Positions 25,712 through 38,559 of a DNA stretch of 64,000 nt are shown one piece after another; positions within the stretch are counted from its first letter, which is position 1, and each line of letters begins with the position of its first letter. Origin of the DNA: Paraspadella gotoi (taxonomy: Eukaryota; Animalia; Chaetognatha); the NCBI GenBank assembly GCA_051294375.1, contig CM119269.1, positions 7,682,217 to 7,746,216 of the forward strand, in the 5' to 3' direction. A program made the translations under genes and the position numbers. The notes beneath the pieces are model-generated. The model saw nothing but the letters and a program-made list of their open reading frames with translations, searched no databases and had not been told where the DNA came from.

Positions 25712-26090
25712 CGTCATTGGCGCCGCAATGATCCAACTCCGGCGTTGATGGCGCCGCATCAACCCAACGCCGGCGTCCTTGGCGCCGTAACGACGCAATG
25801 CCGGCGTCCTTGGCGCCCTAACGACCCAATGTTGGCCTCATTGGCGCCGCATCGACCCAATTCCGGCGTATCAACCGGCGTTTGGGCGCCGTATTACCAA
25901 ACGCCGCCGTTGTTAGCGCAGCATGCAACTGACGCCGGCGTCATTGGCGCCACATGAACCCAACCCCGGTCTCATTAGCGCCGCAACGATCTAACGCCGG
26001 AATAACCCGACGCAGCAACGATTCGGCGCCACAAACTCCCGGCGCCCGTCACAATCAGCGCAGCCCCGATCATCACTGCCGGCGCCGTTA
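25712..26090. repeat. GC-rich 31-bp minisatellite
   Basis: Units such as GTCATTGGCGCCGCAATGATCCAACTCCGGC and GTCCTTGGCGCCGTAACGACGCAATGCCGGC, degenerating rightwards. Confidence 0.8.
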
Positions 26091-28719
26091 GGACCAGAAT
26101 TGTTGACACGCGGCGGCGTCATGAAAACGCGGCGACGTCCGTGACGACGCCGTTAAGATTCGACGCCGTCCAAATTGGCGCCGCCCGAATAAACGACGCC
26201 CGTCGACGATTTTTTTCCGGGAGTCGCACAACCGCAGCCAGCCAACTCCATCAAACCCCAGCCAACCTCCGTCCAACCAAACTCACNNNNNNNNNNNNNN
26301 NNNNNNNNNNNNNNNNNNNNNNNNNNNNNNNNNNNNNNNNNNNNNNNNNNNNNNNNNNNNNNNNNNNNNNNNNNNNNNNNNNNNNNNNNNNNNNNNNNNN
26401 NNNNNNNNNNNNNNNNNNNNNNNNNNNNNNNNNNNNNNNNNNNNNNNNNNNNNNNNNNNNNNNNNNNNNNNNNNNNNNNNNNNNNNNNNNNNNNNNNNNN
26501 NNNNNNNNNNNNCCTGTTTCTCTCTTTGTTTACAAAACAACATCAATGAGTGCGCGCCTACGACGGGGGCGTCGCTGCTGTCGTCAGAATTGAAGGCAAC
26601 GAATGAGATTCGAGTCTCAAGATTGAAAAAAAAAAAGAAACTTTTTTTATTCTTTTATAAATCGGTTTTTTTTCCAATTCTTACTTTATTCTTTTTCTTA
26701 TCTTTAAATCCTTTTTGTGTCTTTTTTTTCATTTTCCCCCTTTTTTCCCTTTTTTTCCTTTTTTTCCATTTTTTTCCCTTTTTCCATTTTTCCCTTTTTT
26801 CCCCTTTTTCCCCCCTTTTTCCCTTTTTTTCCTCGCCCTCTAACGACTTNNNNNNNNNNNNNNNNNNNNNNNNNNNNNNNNNNNNNNNNNNNNNNNNNNN
26901 NNNNNNNNNNNNNNNNNNNNNNNNNNNNNNNNNNNNNNNNNNNNNNNNNNNNNNNNNNNNNNNNNNNNNNNNNNNNNNNNNNNNNNNNNNNNNNNNNNNN
27001 NNNNNNNNNNNNNNNNNNNNNNNNNNNNNNNNNNNNNNNNNNNNNNNNNNNNNNNNNNNNNNNNNNNNNNNNNNNNNNNNNNNNNNNNNNNNNNNNNNNN
27101 NNNNNNNNNNNNNNNNNNNNNNNNNNNNNNNNNNNNNNNNNNNNNNNNNNNNNNNNNNNNNNNNNNNNNNNNNNNNNNNNNNNNNNNNNNNNNNNNNNNN
27201 NNNNNNNNNNNNNNNNNNNNNNNNNNNNNNNNNNNNNNNNNNNNNNNNNNNNNNNNNNNNNNNNNNNNNNNNNNNNNNNNNNNNNNNNNNNNNNNNNNNN
27301 NNNNNNNNNNNNNNNNNNNNNNNNNNNNNNNNNNNNNNNNNNNNNNNNNNNNNNNNNNNNNNNNNNNNNNNNNNNNNNNNNNNNNNNNNNNNNNNNNNNN
27401 NNNNNNNNNNNNNNNNNNNNNNNNNNNNNNNNNNNNNNNNNNNNNNNNNNNNNNNNNNNNNNNNNNNNNNNNNNNNNNNNNNNNNNNNNNNNNNNNNNNN
27501 NNNNNNNNNNNNNNNNNNNNNNNNNNNNNNNNNNNNNNNNNNNNNNNNNNNNNNNNNNNNNNNNNNNNNNNNNNNNNNNNNNNNNNNNNNNNNNNNNNNN
27601 NNNNNNNNNNNNNNNNNNNNNNNNNNNNNNNNNNNNNNNNNNNNNNNNNNNNNNNNNNNNNNNNNNNNNNNNNNNNNNNNNNNNNNNNNNNNNNNNNNNN
27701 NNNNNNTTTTATTGTACAATAAATACAATATTCGTTGTTCAATTCGGTTACAAGTCGAAGGAGAAAAAGAAGAATTTAACGAGAGGAATTTTTTTGAATT
27801 GCGATTCGTCAATTTAATCTTTTACTAGTTCTTCCCTTTTTTTTCGAATTACAATATAAAAACTTAATTACTTAATAAAGACATAAGTGGTTTTTTTTTA
27901 CAGTTTTATTTTCCCCAATATCTTTGAATTTTAATGTAATTTTTTTTTTCAATTTCGTGAAACTGAGAGTCACTATCAAAACTTAAAATAGATTACAAAC
28001 CCAAACCGATTTTGCAAGAATATCATTTTGAACATAAAGGCGTCTGGAAAGGAGGATTATCACCGACGTGAATTTCCCCTCTCAACCCGTCTCGACATTC
28101 ACAGCCTCCCAGGTCGAATTCACGAATCGAGTCTCGACATTCACTGTGATTCTTCTGTGATCTTCGTGATCCTCGTTTGATCGTCGGGGGAGGAAACTCA
28201 CTTCTAACTCCTCACCTAGAATTCCAAAGGATAAAAAATTCGAATTTCTTTTCAAAACTTTTTTTGGGTTTTTTNNNNNNNNNNNNNNNNNNNNNNNNNN
28301 NNNNNNNNNNNNNNNNNNNNNNNNNNNNNNNNNNNNNNNNNNNNNNNNNNNNNNNNNNNNNNNNNNNNNNNNNNNNNNNNNNNNNNNNNNNNNNNNNNNN
28401 NNNNNNNNNNNNNNNNNNNNNNNNNNNNNNNNNNNNNNNNNNNNNNNNNNNNNNNNNNNNNNNNNNNNNNNNNNNNNNNNNNNNNNNNNNNNNNNNNNNN
28501 NNNNNNNNNNNNNNNNNNNNNNNNNNNNNNNNNNNNNNNNNNNNNNNNNNNNNNNNNNNNNNNNNNNNNNNNNNNNNNNNNNNNNNNNNNNNNNNNNNNN
28601 NNNNNNNNNNNNNNNNNNNTGCTGGACATAAAACAGACTAAAGTAAAGGTGAAGAATTTCATTCGTGTGAAAAACATTTCGTTTGTATAGAACTGAATAT
28701 TAATAAGAAATCAGAAACA

Positions 28720-28870
28720 GAAAAGAAAAGAAAAGAAAAGAAAAGAAAAGAAAAGAAAAGAAAAGAAAAGAAAAGAAAAGAAAAGAAAAGAAAAGAAAAG
28801 AAAAGAAAATAATGAAAATGAACGAAAAGAAAAGAAAAGAAAAATAATGAAAAGAAACGAAAAGAAAAGA
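28720..28870. repeat. (AAAAG)n microsatellite
   Basis: Direct inspection. Confidence 0.9.
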
Positions 28871-29167
28871 ACATAGAAAGGACAAATATGATTGTTTTTT
28901 TTTACTTTTTCGCTTTATTTCAAAATTAATTTTTTTATTTATAAAAATTTAAATCTATTAAAACAACATTTTGCTAAATTCTAAGTATATTTTTATATAT
29001 TGTAACTCAAAAGTTTAAAAAATCTTAATAAAGAAGACAACACGAGGGGGGAAAGTCGGTGAGGGAGAGTTTGGGCCAAATCCTCTAGATTTACACGAGA
29101 TATAAAACATTCGTCTTCTTCGGAGGTTCAACTTCTTCTCATTCTTTCTTTTTTTTTTCTTTTTTTT

Positions 29168-29240
<73 letters not shown>

Positions 29241-31520
29241 TTTTCTTTATACTACAGGCTTCTCTTTGTTAACGAAAACTAGGCCAAAGTTAACTAGGGT
29301 AAATATTAAGTTTTATTAATTCGATTTTTGTTTTATTGCGTCGAAGAAAGAAAGAAATAATTAATATTAAAGACCGGAAAGCACAAAGGGGAGAGACCCC
29401 AAAGGGTAACAGGATTTCATTGAATGGTTTCACTATAAAATAACAAGAGAAATAAGAATAAATAAAAAAGATATATAAGAAGAAATAAGAATAAACAAAC
29501 TAAAAATGAGAGAAATGACTCAGTCCTTAATCTTCAAATAACATTTGCAGAGTNNNNNNNNNNNNNNNNNNNNNNNNNNNNNNNNNNNNNNNNNNNNNNN
29601 NNNNNNNNNNNNNNNNNNNNNNNNNNNNNNNNNNNNNNNNNNNNNNNNNNNNNNNNNNNNNNNNNNNNNNNNNNNNNNNNNNNNNNNNNNNNNNNNNNNN
29701 NNNNNNNNNNNNNNNNNNNNNNNNNNNNNNNNNNNNNNNNNNNNNNNNNNNNNNNNNNNNNNNNNNNNNNNNNNNNNNNNNNNNNNNNNNNNNNNNNNNN
29801 NNNNNNNNNNNNNNNNNNNNNNNNNNNNNNNNNNNNNNNNNNNNNNNNNNNNNNNNNNNNNNNNNNNNNNNNNNNNNNNNNNNNNNNNNNNNNNNNNNNN
29901 NNNNNNNNNNNNNNNNNNNNNNNNNNNNNNNNNNNNNNNNNNNNNNNNNNNNNNNNNNNNNNNNNNNNNNNNNNNNNNNNNNNNNNCTAATCTTCATAGT
30001 GGCCCGAGCGTGAAAAATGGGCCGGCGACACTTCGTCATAATCATGTCAATATTTAGAGCAATATCAGCAGATAAAAGATCTGACTATCACAAGGTCAAA
30101 AGGAAAGCGATATCGCTGAATTTGTGACAATCACAATCTCGATTTTCTCACGCTTTATCGCTGAATTTAAAATCTCGACTAAATATTAAAATTAATATTT
30201 GCAGATCGCGGCGCGGCTGCATTTTCTCATCCCTTTATTTCTTTAGTTTTCATTTCAAATCTTGACCTTTTTTATATTAATTTAAATTAAATAAATATAT
30301 AACCTATTTCCTAACCTTAATACTTATCTCTGACCCTTTAACTTAATCTCTAAACTGGAAACGAGTCGTTTTTGGATAATAAGGCCAAATTTCCCATAAC
30401 AAAAAAGTGGAAAAACGAGAGTCTTGAGTGATTTTCGCGTCAGTGATAATCGTCGCGATGATCGTTTCGATGATAGAAAATCCATTGTGATAAAAATGGA
30501 GGGATAAATCGTAGGAAAGAGATTTTTATATCGCGAGCGAATGGGCAGAGGAGAAGATTTAACGTCAATGACTCAATAGATTTGGTCTCGGTTGTGATTT
30601 TGGTGGAAAAAGATCAGAGAGAAGATTAGAGCAGTCAAGTGTGAGGAAGAGTTTATTCAAGTGGTTTTTTTTACATTCAGATATATTTTATATCTCTTTT
30701 ACATTTACTTTTACATTTACCCAACGATGTTTACAATCTTTTTTGGTTCTTGTAAATAAGTATGTTGTTCTGTCTTTAACAACTATTAAAAGATATTCTC
30801 GATTAAATTTGAAATTTTGATAAACTGAAATTTCTTTACAGACTTTATTTGACCGCGAGAAAGAATCTCTCTTCTTCCTCTTCTTCCTTTTCGCTTTCAT
30901 TTCACTGATGAAACTAATTTAGTTTTACTATTTTTTTTCTCCGGCAAAAACAATTTCCCGCCTAAACTCTTTCTTTCTTTATTTTTTCCTTCTTTCCTTT
31001 TTCTTTCTTTCCTTGTTTCCTTTTTCCTCCTCTGCTTCCTTTATTTCCTCCCACGCTTCCTTTGCTCCGTTCGATACAAATGCGACCAAAGAAAAAAAAA
31101 ACGGACGATCGTCGAGCCATTTGTCCGCGACCGCCATCGACCGCCGCCACCGCCGCCGCCGCCGACACCGCCTCCGCCGCCTCCGCCGCCGCCACCGCCT
31201 CCGCCGCCTACGCCGCCGCCGCAACAAACGCCATCTGTCACGGATTCAAGACAGAAGACGTTGGAGACAAAGAAGACGAACGAAGACGAATTGAGATGAA
31301 AAAGTCGTCGGCAATAAAATCTTCATTATGACAAAGAGGGCAATGAATGACAAAAATGAAAGGAAGGACAAAGGACTAAAGTAGAGACGAGGGTGAAAAT
31401 CGATGACAAAGACAAGGACAATAAATTGCAGACCAAATGTAATGACAGGGAAGGAGATAACAGGCTGAGAAAATTAACTTTAAATTAATAATATTACTGG
31501 TTGGTCATCGAAGCACTATA

Positions 31521-32151
31521 CTATCTAGGAAAAAAGTTAAAAACATTTTTAATTGTAAGGATATTCTACTCGAAAACTTGCTCGATTTTAAAAATAATCA
31601 GGATGTTTCAGAATTCTACACCTAAATTTCCTTTCAGTTGCTTCCTTCCATTTTTTCGTAGATCCAACCGTAATAGAAGTTAGAGGCAAAATAAAGATTG
31701 TCCGCATCAAGTGAAAAATGGCGGAAAAAAATCGCCTTTAGTTTTCACAATTTTTTGGTATTGAGTTATTTGTTTCTATTTCAAATTGAGTTAGTTATTT
31801 TTTTCATTTTTTAAAATTTGGTTATGCCGAATAGACAGCCCCTCTCTTTGGTTCATAAAGGTGGCAATTGTAGCTCTGAGAAAAGAGGGAAAGACGCAAC
31901 AATTATCATCAGCAATAGACTTGGAATCCCTCGTTCCACCATTGCAAATTTTTTACGGCGATACAACAAAATCAAAAACATTTGGTGTGTCAGCTTTACG
32001 AAGAGCATGCCCAGACGAATGCAGACAGTGGTCGATGCCGAGGGAGGGCATACCAAATATTGAGAATGTTTTACCCATGTTTTGTATATTTTTTATTGAA
32101 TAAATGAACTTTTTAACACAAAAAAATGTTTCTAACTTTTTTCCTAGATAG
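31521..32151 (+). mobile_element. Internally deleted Tc1/mariner transposon
   Basis: TIRs CTATCTAGGAAAAAAGTTA(A/G)AAACATTTT at both ends, flanked by TA. The remnant ORF (31818-32063) fuses an HTH-like ISNRLGIPRSTIANFLRRY to the Tc1 C-terminal signature SMPRRMQTVVDAEGGHTKY, with the DDE core missing. Confidence 0.9.
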
Positions 32152-32818
32152 TACTTATTACCTATAACTTTAAAAAAAAACCAACACCTTTATGTTCCTA
32201 AAAGGAAAATAAAGCTGCGGCGGGACCAAAAACAACGACAAAGAACAACTAAAAATGAAACAAGAAGAAGAAGAAGAAGAAGAATAAGAGAGTGAGATGG
32301 AGACAGCGAAGACAAGGGAAGCAAAGATGGCGGAATCGTCGACGATTAAGGTAATGGGCGAAACTCGGTCCACAGACTCGACAGTCGACAGTCGACACGC
32401 TTTCCTTCACCTCGTCGTTGGCGCTTCCGAGTTTTTTTTATGGGGGGGGGGAAGGGCTTTGGGTTTTCTTTTCTTTTCTTTTCTTTTCTTTTCTTTTCTT
32501 TTCTTTTCATTTCTTTTCCTTTCTTTTCTTTTTTTGGTTTTTTTTTCTCTCTCTCTTTCTCTTTTATCTCTCTCTCTCGATCTTTGATTCCTATTCTCTT
32601 TCTTTCGTTTTTACTATCTTTTATTTTTTAATCTTTATTAATTTATTTACCTATTTATCATTTTTTTAATTCAATCATTCCAACATTTATTTTCTCTGCA
32701 CCTCCGCCGACTCTCCAGTTCCTTATCTCCTTCCGTTCCTCCCTCCCCTTCTCCCCACCCATCTCTCTCTTCCCCCCCCTCCCTCTCCCCGCCCAACCTC
32801 ACCCAACCCCTAACCGAC

Positions 32819-33020
32819 CTAAAAGTGCTGCAAGGGTGAATAATCCAATGTCCAGCCTCTTTTTGTCGCTGTCGTTCCTTCGCAACTCCTTTTTTGGAGC
32901 CAAACAACTTCATGGCGAGTCGATTGTCCGAAGGTTGAAACATGGCGATGAACTGTTCCTTGAGGAAGAAGCCGCGCTCTTCGCGGGGCGCCACCGCCGG
33001 GGACCCCATGCCGGTAGCGC
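32819..33020 (-). CDS. HCN: HCN (Ih) hyperpolarization-activated cyclic nucleotide-gated channel, internal exon encoding the pre-S1 HCN domain
   Basis: Translates GATGMGSPAVAPREERGFFLKEQFIAMFQPSDNRLAMKLFGSKKGVAKERQRQKEAGHWIIHPCSTFR, the HCN-domain signature (Drosophila Ih, from memory: FQPTDNRLAMKLFGSRKALVKERIRQKTSGHWVIHPCSSFR). Pyrimidine-rich acceptor ...CCATCGTAG|GC (phase 1) and donor AG|GTCGGT (phase 2, within the Arg codon of S-x-F-R). Length is 202 nt. Confidence 0.93.
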
Positions 33021-36000
33021 CTACGATGGAGGGGGTGGGGGGGGTGGGAAGAGAGGGAGGTGGTGGAGGAAGAGAGAGGTGGGAAGGGAAAGGGGGAAAA
33101 AAAAGGTTAATCCGAGGAAAGAGGAGAGAAAAAAGAAAACACTGAGACAAGCTTATCTCAGACCAAGCACCCAAGCTTTATATCGTTACATTTCTCCTAA
33201 CTGCCGTAACCTTTTAAACGCTTTCTTTATTTCCGGCCATCGACACGCCCACCTTCGTGCATTTTTATTACCGGTCATTTATCCTCCATCCCGTCAAGTT
33301 CACCGTCCCCTCTCGGGCGATGACCCTTCCTTTCCGGTTCTTTTTTTTTTCTCTCTCGGCGCTCAACTTCCGCCTCCTCGACTTCCGGTCTCTCGTTTCC
33401 GGTCGCCGGAAACAAAATGGCGTCCGGAGATTTTTCGACCCAAAAATCTCGAGAGAATCGGATGGACGAATGGCGTCACTTATCCTCCCACGCAGAGAGA
33501 GAGAGAGANNNNNNNNNNNNNNNNNNNNNNNNNAAGAGAGGAGAGCAGAGAGAGAGAGAAGTAGCTAGAGAGAGAGAGAGAGAGGAGCTGTTAGAGAGAG
33601 ATGAGTTTTATTGGGAAAGAGAAAAGAACGAGATGAAATGATGCCAGAGACGAGAGGAGAGCACCATGAGGAGAGAGAAGAGATTGAGTGTTGGATTTTA
33701 TAAGGGAGAGAGAAGAGAGAGAAGAGAAGAAGCTTTGGCCGTTTCCACTGACACTGTCATTTTAATCTTTCCTAAAGTGATGAAAGTCCAATTCATGCCT
33801 ATTTTCATTACGAGTACGGAGAACGCGCCGAAAGCTATGACAGGAGTACCATGTTAGAGTGATTTGATTTGCTAGATCACGCCATTAAAAACTCCGATCA
33901 GCGTAGATACCACATCCTCTTTCTTCTTGCGAGTCTAAAACCTATGTCGCCAGAGCGCTTTGGTTTTTCATGCTTCAGTTTAACTTGCCGCGACCGGCCC
34001 AAGAGATCAAAATAGCCTGTGTTCGCATGTGTCACTGTTTATTCATTGCTGGCCGTTGCATTACCAAAAAAAGTAAGCCGTTGTTTCTGATAATTCGCTA
34101 TAATCTTAAATTACTTTAAAATGAATATCTTGCCTGTCGAGCATCTTCTACTTGTGCTAATTCTGGGAATACTTGATATGGTGAAACTATTATTCTTCCA
34201 GTCTTGTTAATTAATGGCCATGGTCTTTCATTTATTAACTGTGCTTCCGGATAAATATTTATATTCACTTATTATTGATTATTATATATTATTATTATTG
34301 AAAGAATTTGATTAATATATTAATATATATATTATTATTTATTGCCATTCAATATTATTTTTTAAGATTTTTTTCTAAAGAAAAATACCAGAATTGCAGA
34401 TCAAGTTTACTCCACGTAGTATCACGCTATTTTTGGACCTCCTATATTCATCTTATTTCACTAATAAGGCTCCTTTTCTCAGCTTGTTCGCAAAGCACAA
34501 GTCGTGCAAGCAGATTGCCGAAGATTATTTATTTTCTTTGTATATTCCTATTTAATTCACCCTGAACAAGTAAAACCATCTCGGCAGTGATAATATTTTT
34601 TTAATCAAGTCATTTAGTAAAAGTATTTGACTTTGGTCTGCTTATTACTCTGGCCTCTTTATAAATTTATACTGCGATGCATTTTCCACCAAGATAGTAT
34701 TCGATAACAAATTGTAGAATAGGAACAGTAGTTTTGGGGGGTACCGATCTGGGGGATATTTTGTTGTTTGCAATTTTAATGTTCGTGATCTTTTACGGAA
34801 TGCAATGAGGAAAACTTCGCTCAGTTGGAAATTGACTCGAATGTCGCGACGGAAATTTCGACGCGATGTCATCGTGTAATTGAGGAAATATTTGATTGAG
34901 GCCGAATCAGCGAAGGCTAAGGAAAAAGAAGCATAGTAGGCGCGACCATTTTGACCTATTTACATGGTTCGCCATTTTACACTACGAATAATAAGGACTA
35001 TTGTGGCAGGTTACGAAGGGACAAAGAAGCTTTCCTAGCATGCGCACATGCAAACGCTTCGCGGAAGATCCTCGCGCAGCGCGGCAGTCAATGGCGCTGG
35101 TGAACTTTGTGGCAAGAGTCTCACGATAATACGAAACTGGAACATTTAGCTTTCTGAGCTTTAATCTTATAGTCGCACCAGCGAGGTCTATTTATTCTTT
35201 TTTTTTAGAATAAACTTAGGGACTATAATATTTGGATAATTATCTGTTCGCATCGAGTTGTATAGAAAAAAAATAATTTCGTTTCAATTTTCGAATAATT
35301 AAAAAGATACTTAACCTTTTGTCACTTCTTATTTCGACACGCACGCAATTTATTTCCTGGCTTTTTACTCTGTTTATGAATTTTCTTTGAGCTTTTAAAT
35401 TCGAATAAATACAGATTTTATATTTGTATTTATATTAGAATATAATAGTATAATATAATCGTTGTATTTGGGTTGGCCACTTTTATTCGCATTCTCCTAA
35501 TTAACGCATTAAAACTACTAAAAAAAGCTACTGAAGTTATGCACAGAATGCGCATCCTATTGGATCCCATCGGATGCGCTTTGCGATTTGGTTATCTTGA
35601 AGGAAGAAATCTGATTTTTTCTGTTTTTCGATTTTTTTAAAGACGGCAGATCTTGTCTGGAACATTAGCAAGGTTTTATTCAAAATTTCAGAAATACCGT
35701 AACAAAAAAGGAAAAAGGCATAGCCATGACTAGAGGGCGTCAATTATTAGAAGAAGGGGAATGAATTTTTAAAAAGAATGTCGTGCCACGTTGGTGAAAA
35801 AAACTCCGTCGGTTAAGTTTGGACGTGGCGTCTCTCTTTCTCTCCTGCTCTTCTGTCTGCTCTGTCTCTCTCTCTCTCTCTCTTTGGGCTTGTCATGAAT
35901 GGGATAATTAACAGATCGCAATATTGCTCTCCGATGATGCTCGAAAAAGAAAAAAAAAAAAATAAGGAATTTCAATTAACGAATATTTTCCTATTATTGC

Positions 36001-36178
36001 GCATATATTTCTCAATTAAATGTCAACTTTTTTGCTTTAATTCAATAATAATACGGCATATATATATATTGAGCGCTTATTTACGCAGAATGCTATTCTT
36101 TCGCGAAAAGTTAGTTTGGAACTCGGCACAAAATCAAAATCTTCGGCCATACCGTTTTTAAACGAAAAAAAAACCAGG

Positions 36179-36889
36179 TGAAGAGACAGTAATTATTGAT
36201 AAGTTGTTAATGATGCAGCAACCAGTTCAATATAACAGTCCCTGACTTCGGATCAAGGCGGCTGTAAATCGTGTTACAGCGGCGTTAGCGGCCGGGCGTC
36301 CTCTTAACTGCCAGACGACCACCGGGCTAAGAAGCCCGAGCTTTGGGTTGGGAGGCGACCATGTCTTGCTCGCAGCACCAATGGGCCGCGATGAACGGTT
36401 AGTGATTTTAGTCCACGCATACATCCCCCGCCTCGCGCGTAGGGAAAAAGTCTGTTGCGTCTCTTCAGTGAATTGTGTGTTGGTCGATTCGCCATTCGAA
36501 AGTATCGTTCACCAAGTTGAGGGCTGTCGCCTGATCGAGTTGTGGGGCGGAAAGTGCATCGCCAGGCGGAAAGTGGCATCGCCAGTGTTGTTGTTGGCTG
36601 TTCGTTGTTCGAAGTCGGGCTACCCATGAAGAGACAGTAATTATTGATAAGTGTTAATGACAGAATCCCGCGGTTCAATATATAGCAGATGTCCCTGAGG
36701 CTTCGGGATCAGGCTGTAACACCGGTGTTACACGCGGGTTAAGCCTGTCCCGTCCGCCCTGCTCTATACTGCCAGCCGACCACGTCGGGCTAGAACGCCG
36801 GACCTTTGGGTTGGGGAGAGCGAATGTCTTGGCCTCCGGCACGGATGGCGGCTGGTATGAACGGTTGGTGGATTTTAGTCAGCCATACA
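36179..36889 (-). mobile_element. TRIM-like miniature LTR retroelement (two ~250-bp LTRs, 203-bp non-coding interior)
   Basis: Direct repeats 36179-36423 and 36627-36889, each TG...CA. On the minus strand the 5' LTR is followed directly by a PBS-like TGGGTAGCCCGACTTCG, and the 3' LTR is preceded by the purine tract GCGAGGCGGGGGA. No TSD is recognisable and the sequence is noisy. Confidence 0.72.
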
Positions 36890-37222
36890 TGCATATTTCG
36901 TTGACGGAATGGCCTTGTAATTGTAGGGAATTCTGGTTTCATAGTGGCAGATTCATAGCAGGCGGCTGGAGGCGATCGCATGGGCCACATGGTCCAGCTG
37001 GTAGAGTCTCCACAGTCGCACATACCCTTGGCGGCCATAAGTGATCGTCCTCGCGTTGGGGCTAAACAACATTTTTTATTAGGGCCAATGTATATAACAC
37101 TAAACAATTCAAAAATAGGAACTCTTCAAATAATAACATTTGATAGATTTGTGCCTTCCTTATTAGTTAAGAATTTATTGAAGATACTTAGCCACCTACG
37201 CAGTAGAGGCGTATTTTTTTTT

Positions 37223-37253
<31 letters not shown>

Positions 37254-38299
37254 GTGAAAAGTTGGCATAGCGAAAATATCTAAAAGTCAATTATGAAGCG
37301 ACCGTAACCATCAGTGAACATTAATTAAATAAAGAAAATAATGTTATGCTAATTTTCGTAAGTAGGTGGCGCCTATATATATATACAGCTTAGTCATCTT
37401 TATAAATCGATAAAATGTCAAATAGGGATTTTCTTAATTTTGGAAGGCTGATTTATATTCTCCCTCAATAGTTGATAAAAAATCTAAATAATTTTTAATT
37501 TTTTTTATTAAATGTTAAAAAATTGAAAAACTATATTTAATATATACAAATTTTAATTTTCAGCTTAAAATATTAGGTTTCTTTTGATATTTTACGCAAC
37601 TAATCGAATAATTTTAAAAAAAAGAGTTATATTTCTTTATATCAACTTTTCATGAGCTAATTCCAAATCTGCAATAAAAAATCTTACAAAAAACTATTTT
37701 GAAATTTTAGCGCATTTATTGGATTAGTACTTGTATAAGATATGGGCTACTGGGGCGTAAATTGTAAAATTTAATAAATCCAATTTTTTTTATATAGAAT
37801 GTTCTTTAGTATACGATGTGTGTTGCGTTTCCTGAGCTCTTTTGATTTTAATTAAAGTTAAATTTATAATTTTTAGGCTACGCTGGGACTAATACCACAG
37901 CAAATAAAGGCTGACAAAAACTAATTCGTAAGTTCGTTTGATTCAATAAAGTTAATATTTATTAACTCTTAAAAAATTTGTTAAAAAAGAGATCTTTAGA
38001 AAAAATGCGACTATAGGGAGAAATAATAAATACGAATTAACACTTGGACGATGACGTTGTCGTCGACGATAAATGCGCACGACGACGAGCGACGTTTGAT
38101 GAAGGCGCGACTATGGGAGGTCACCAGGACCCGATGGCGCAGGCCGTGTAGGCGTCATGCGTCGTATCATGTTTTACGCCTGTTTTATGGTGTTGTTCAT
38201 AATCGGCATCATTACTTGTAGCAAAGTTTGATTCGGATTTGGCTGTACGCTACGATGTTGCACGGCACACGGGCAGGAAGTGTCGGGGCAAAAAGTAGA

Positions 38300-38559
38300 A
38301 TCTCATAGCAATTGAAACAATTCTTTGAAATTTAATAAACTAGGCTTCATTGATTGGGAAGGTCCTGGTTCAATTGAAGTGAATAAACAAGACTGTGAGA
38401 GAGTCTTGCTTAAAAGCTAGCAGAAAGCCTGCTATGTTATATCTTGTTAAGTGTGATGGAGGCGCTTAGAACCCACCAAAGGCCGTCCAAAGTAGGGACA
38501 AGATAGCTTATTTATAAATGAATGGATATCTTTATATTTGTTGTAGCCCAATTTGCATA
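38300..38559 (+). repeat. Copy of the dispersed repeat at 930-1174
   Basis: Colinear match: CAATTGAAACA..GTGAATAAACAAGACTGT..GAGAGTCTTG..CCACCAAA..TTGTAGCCCAATTTGCATA. Confidence 0.65.

Noticed and set aside
25712-26090. CRISPR-like periodicity
   Set aside because: Head-to-tail degenerate units with no unique spacers, no cas genes and a eukaryotic context.
26281-26516. Minus-strand donor GTGAGT exactly at the gap edge, suggesting the next HCN exon lies in the 226-N gap
   Set aside because: No coding bases are visible and the other edge lacks a polypyrimidine acceptor. Untestable without closing the gap.
32671-33174. 167-aa ORF as a complete gene
   Set aside because: Only 32819-33020 is HCN-like. 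The flanks are intronic sequence beyond clear splice sites.
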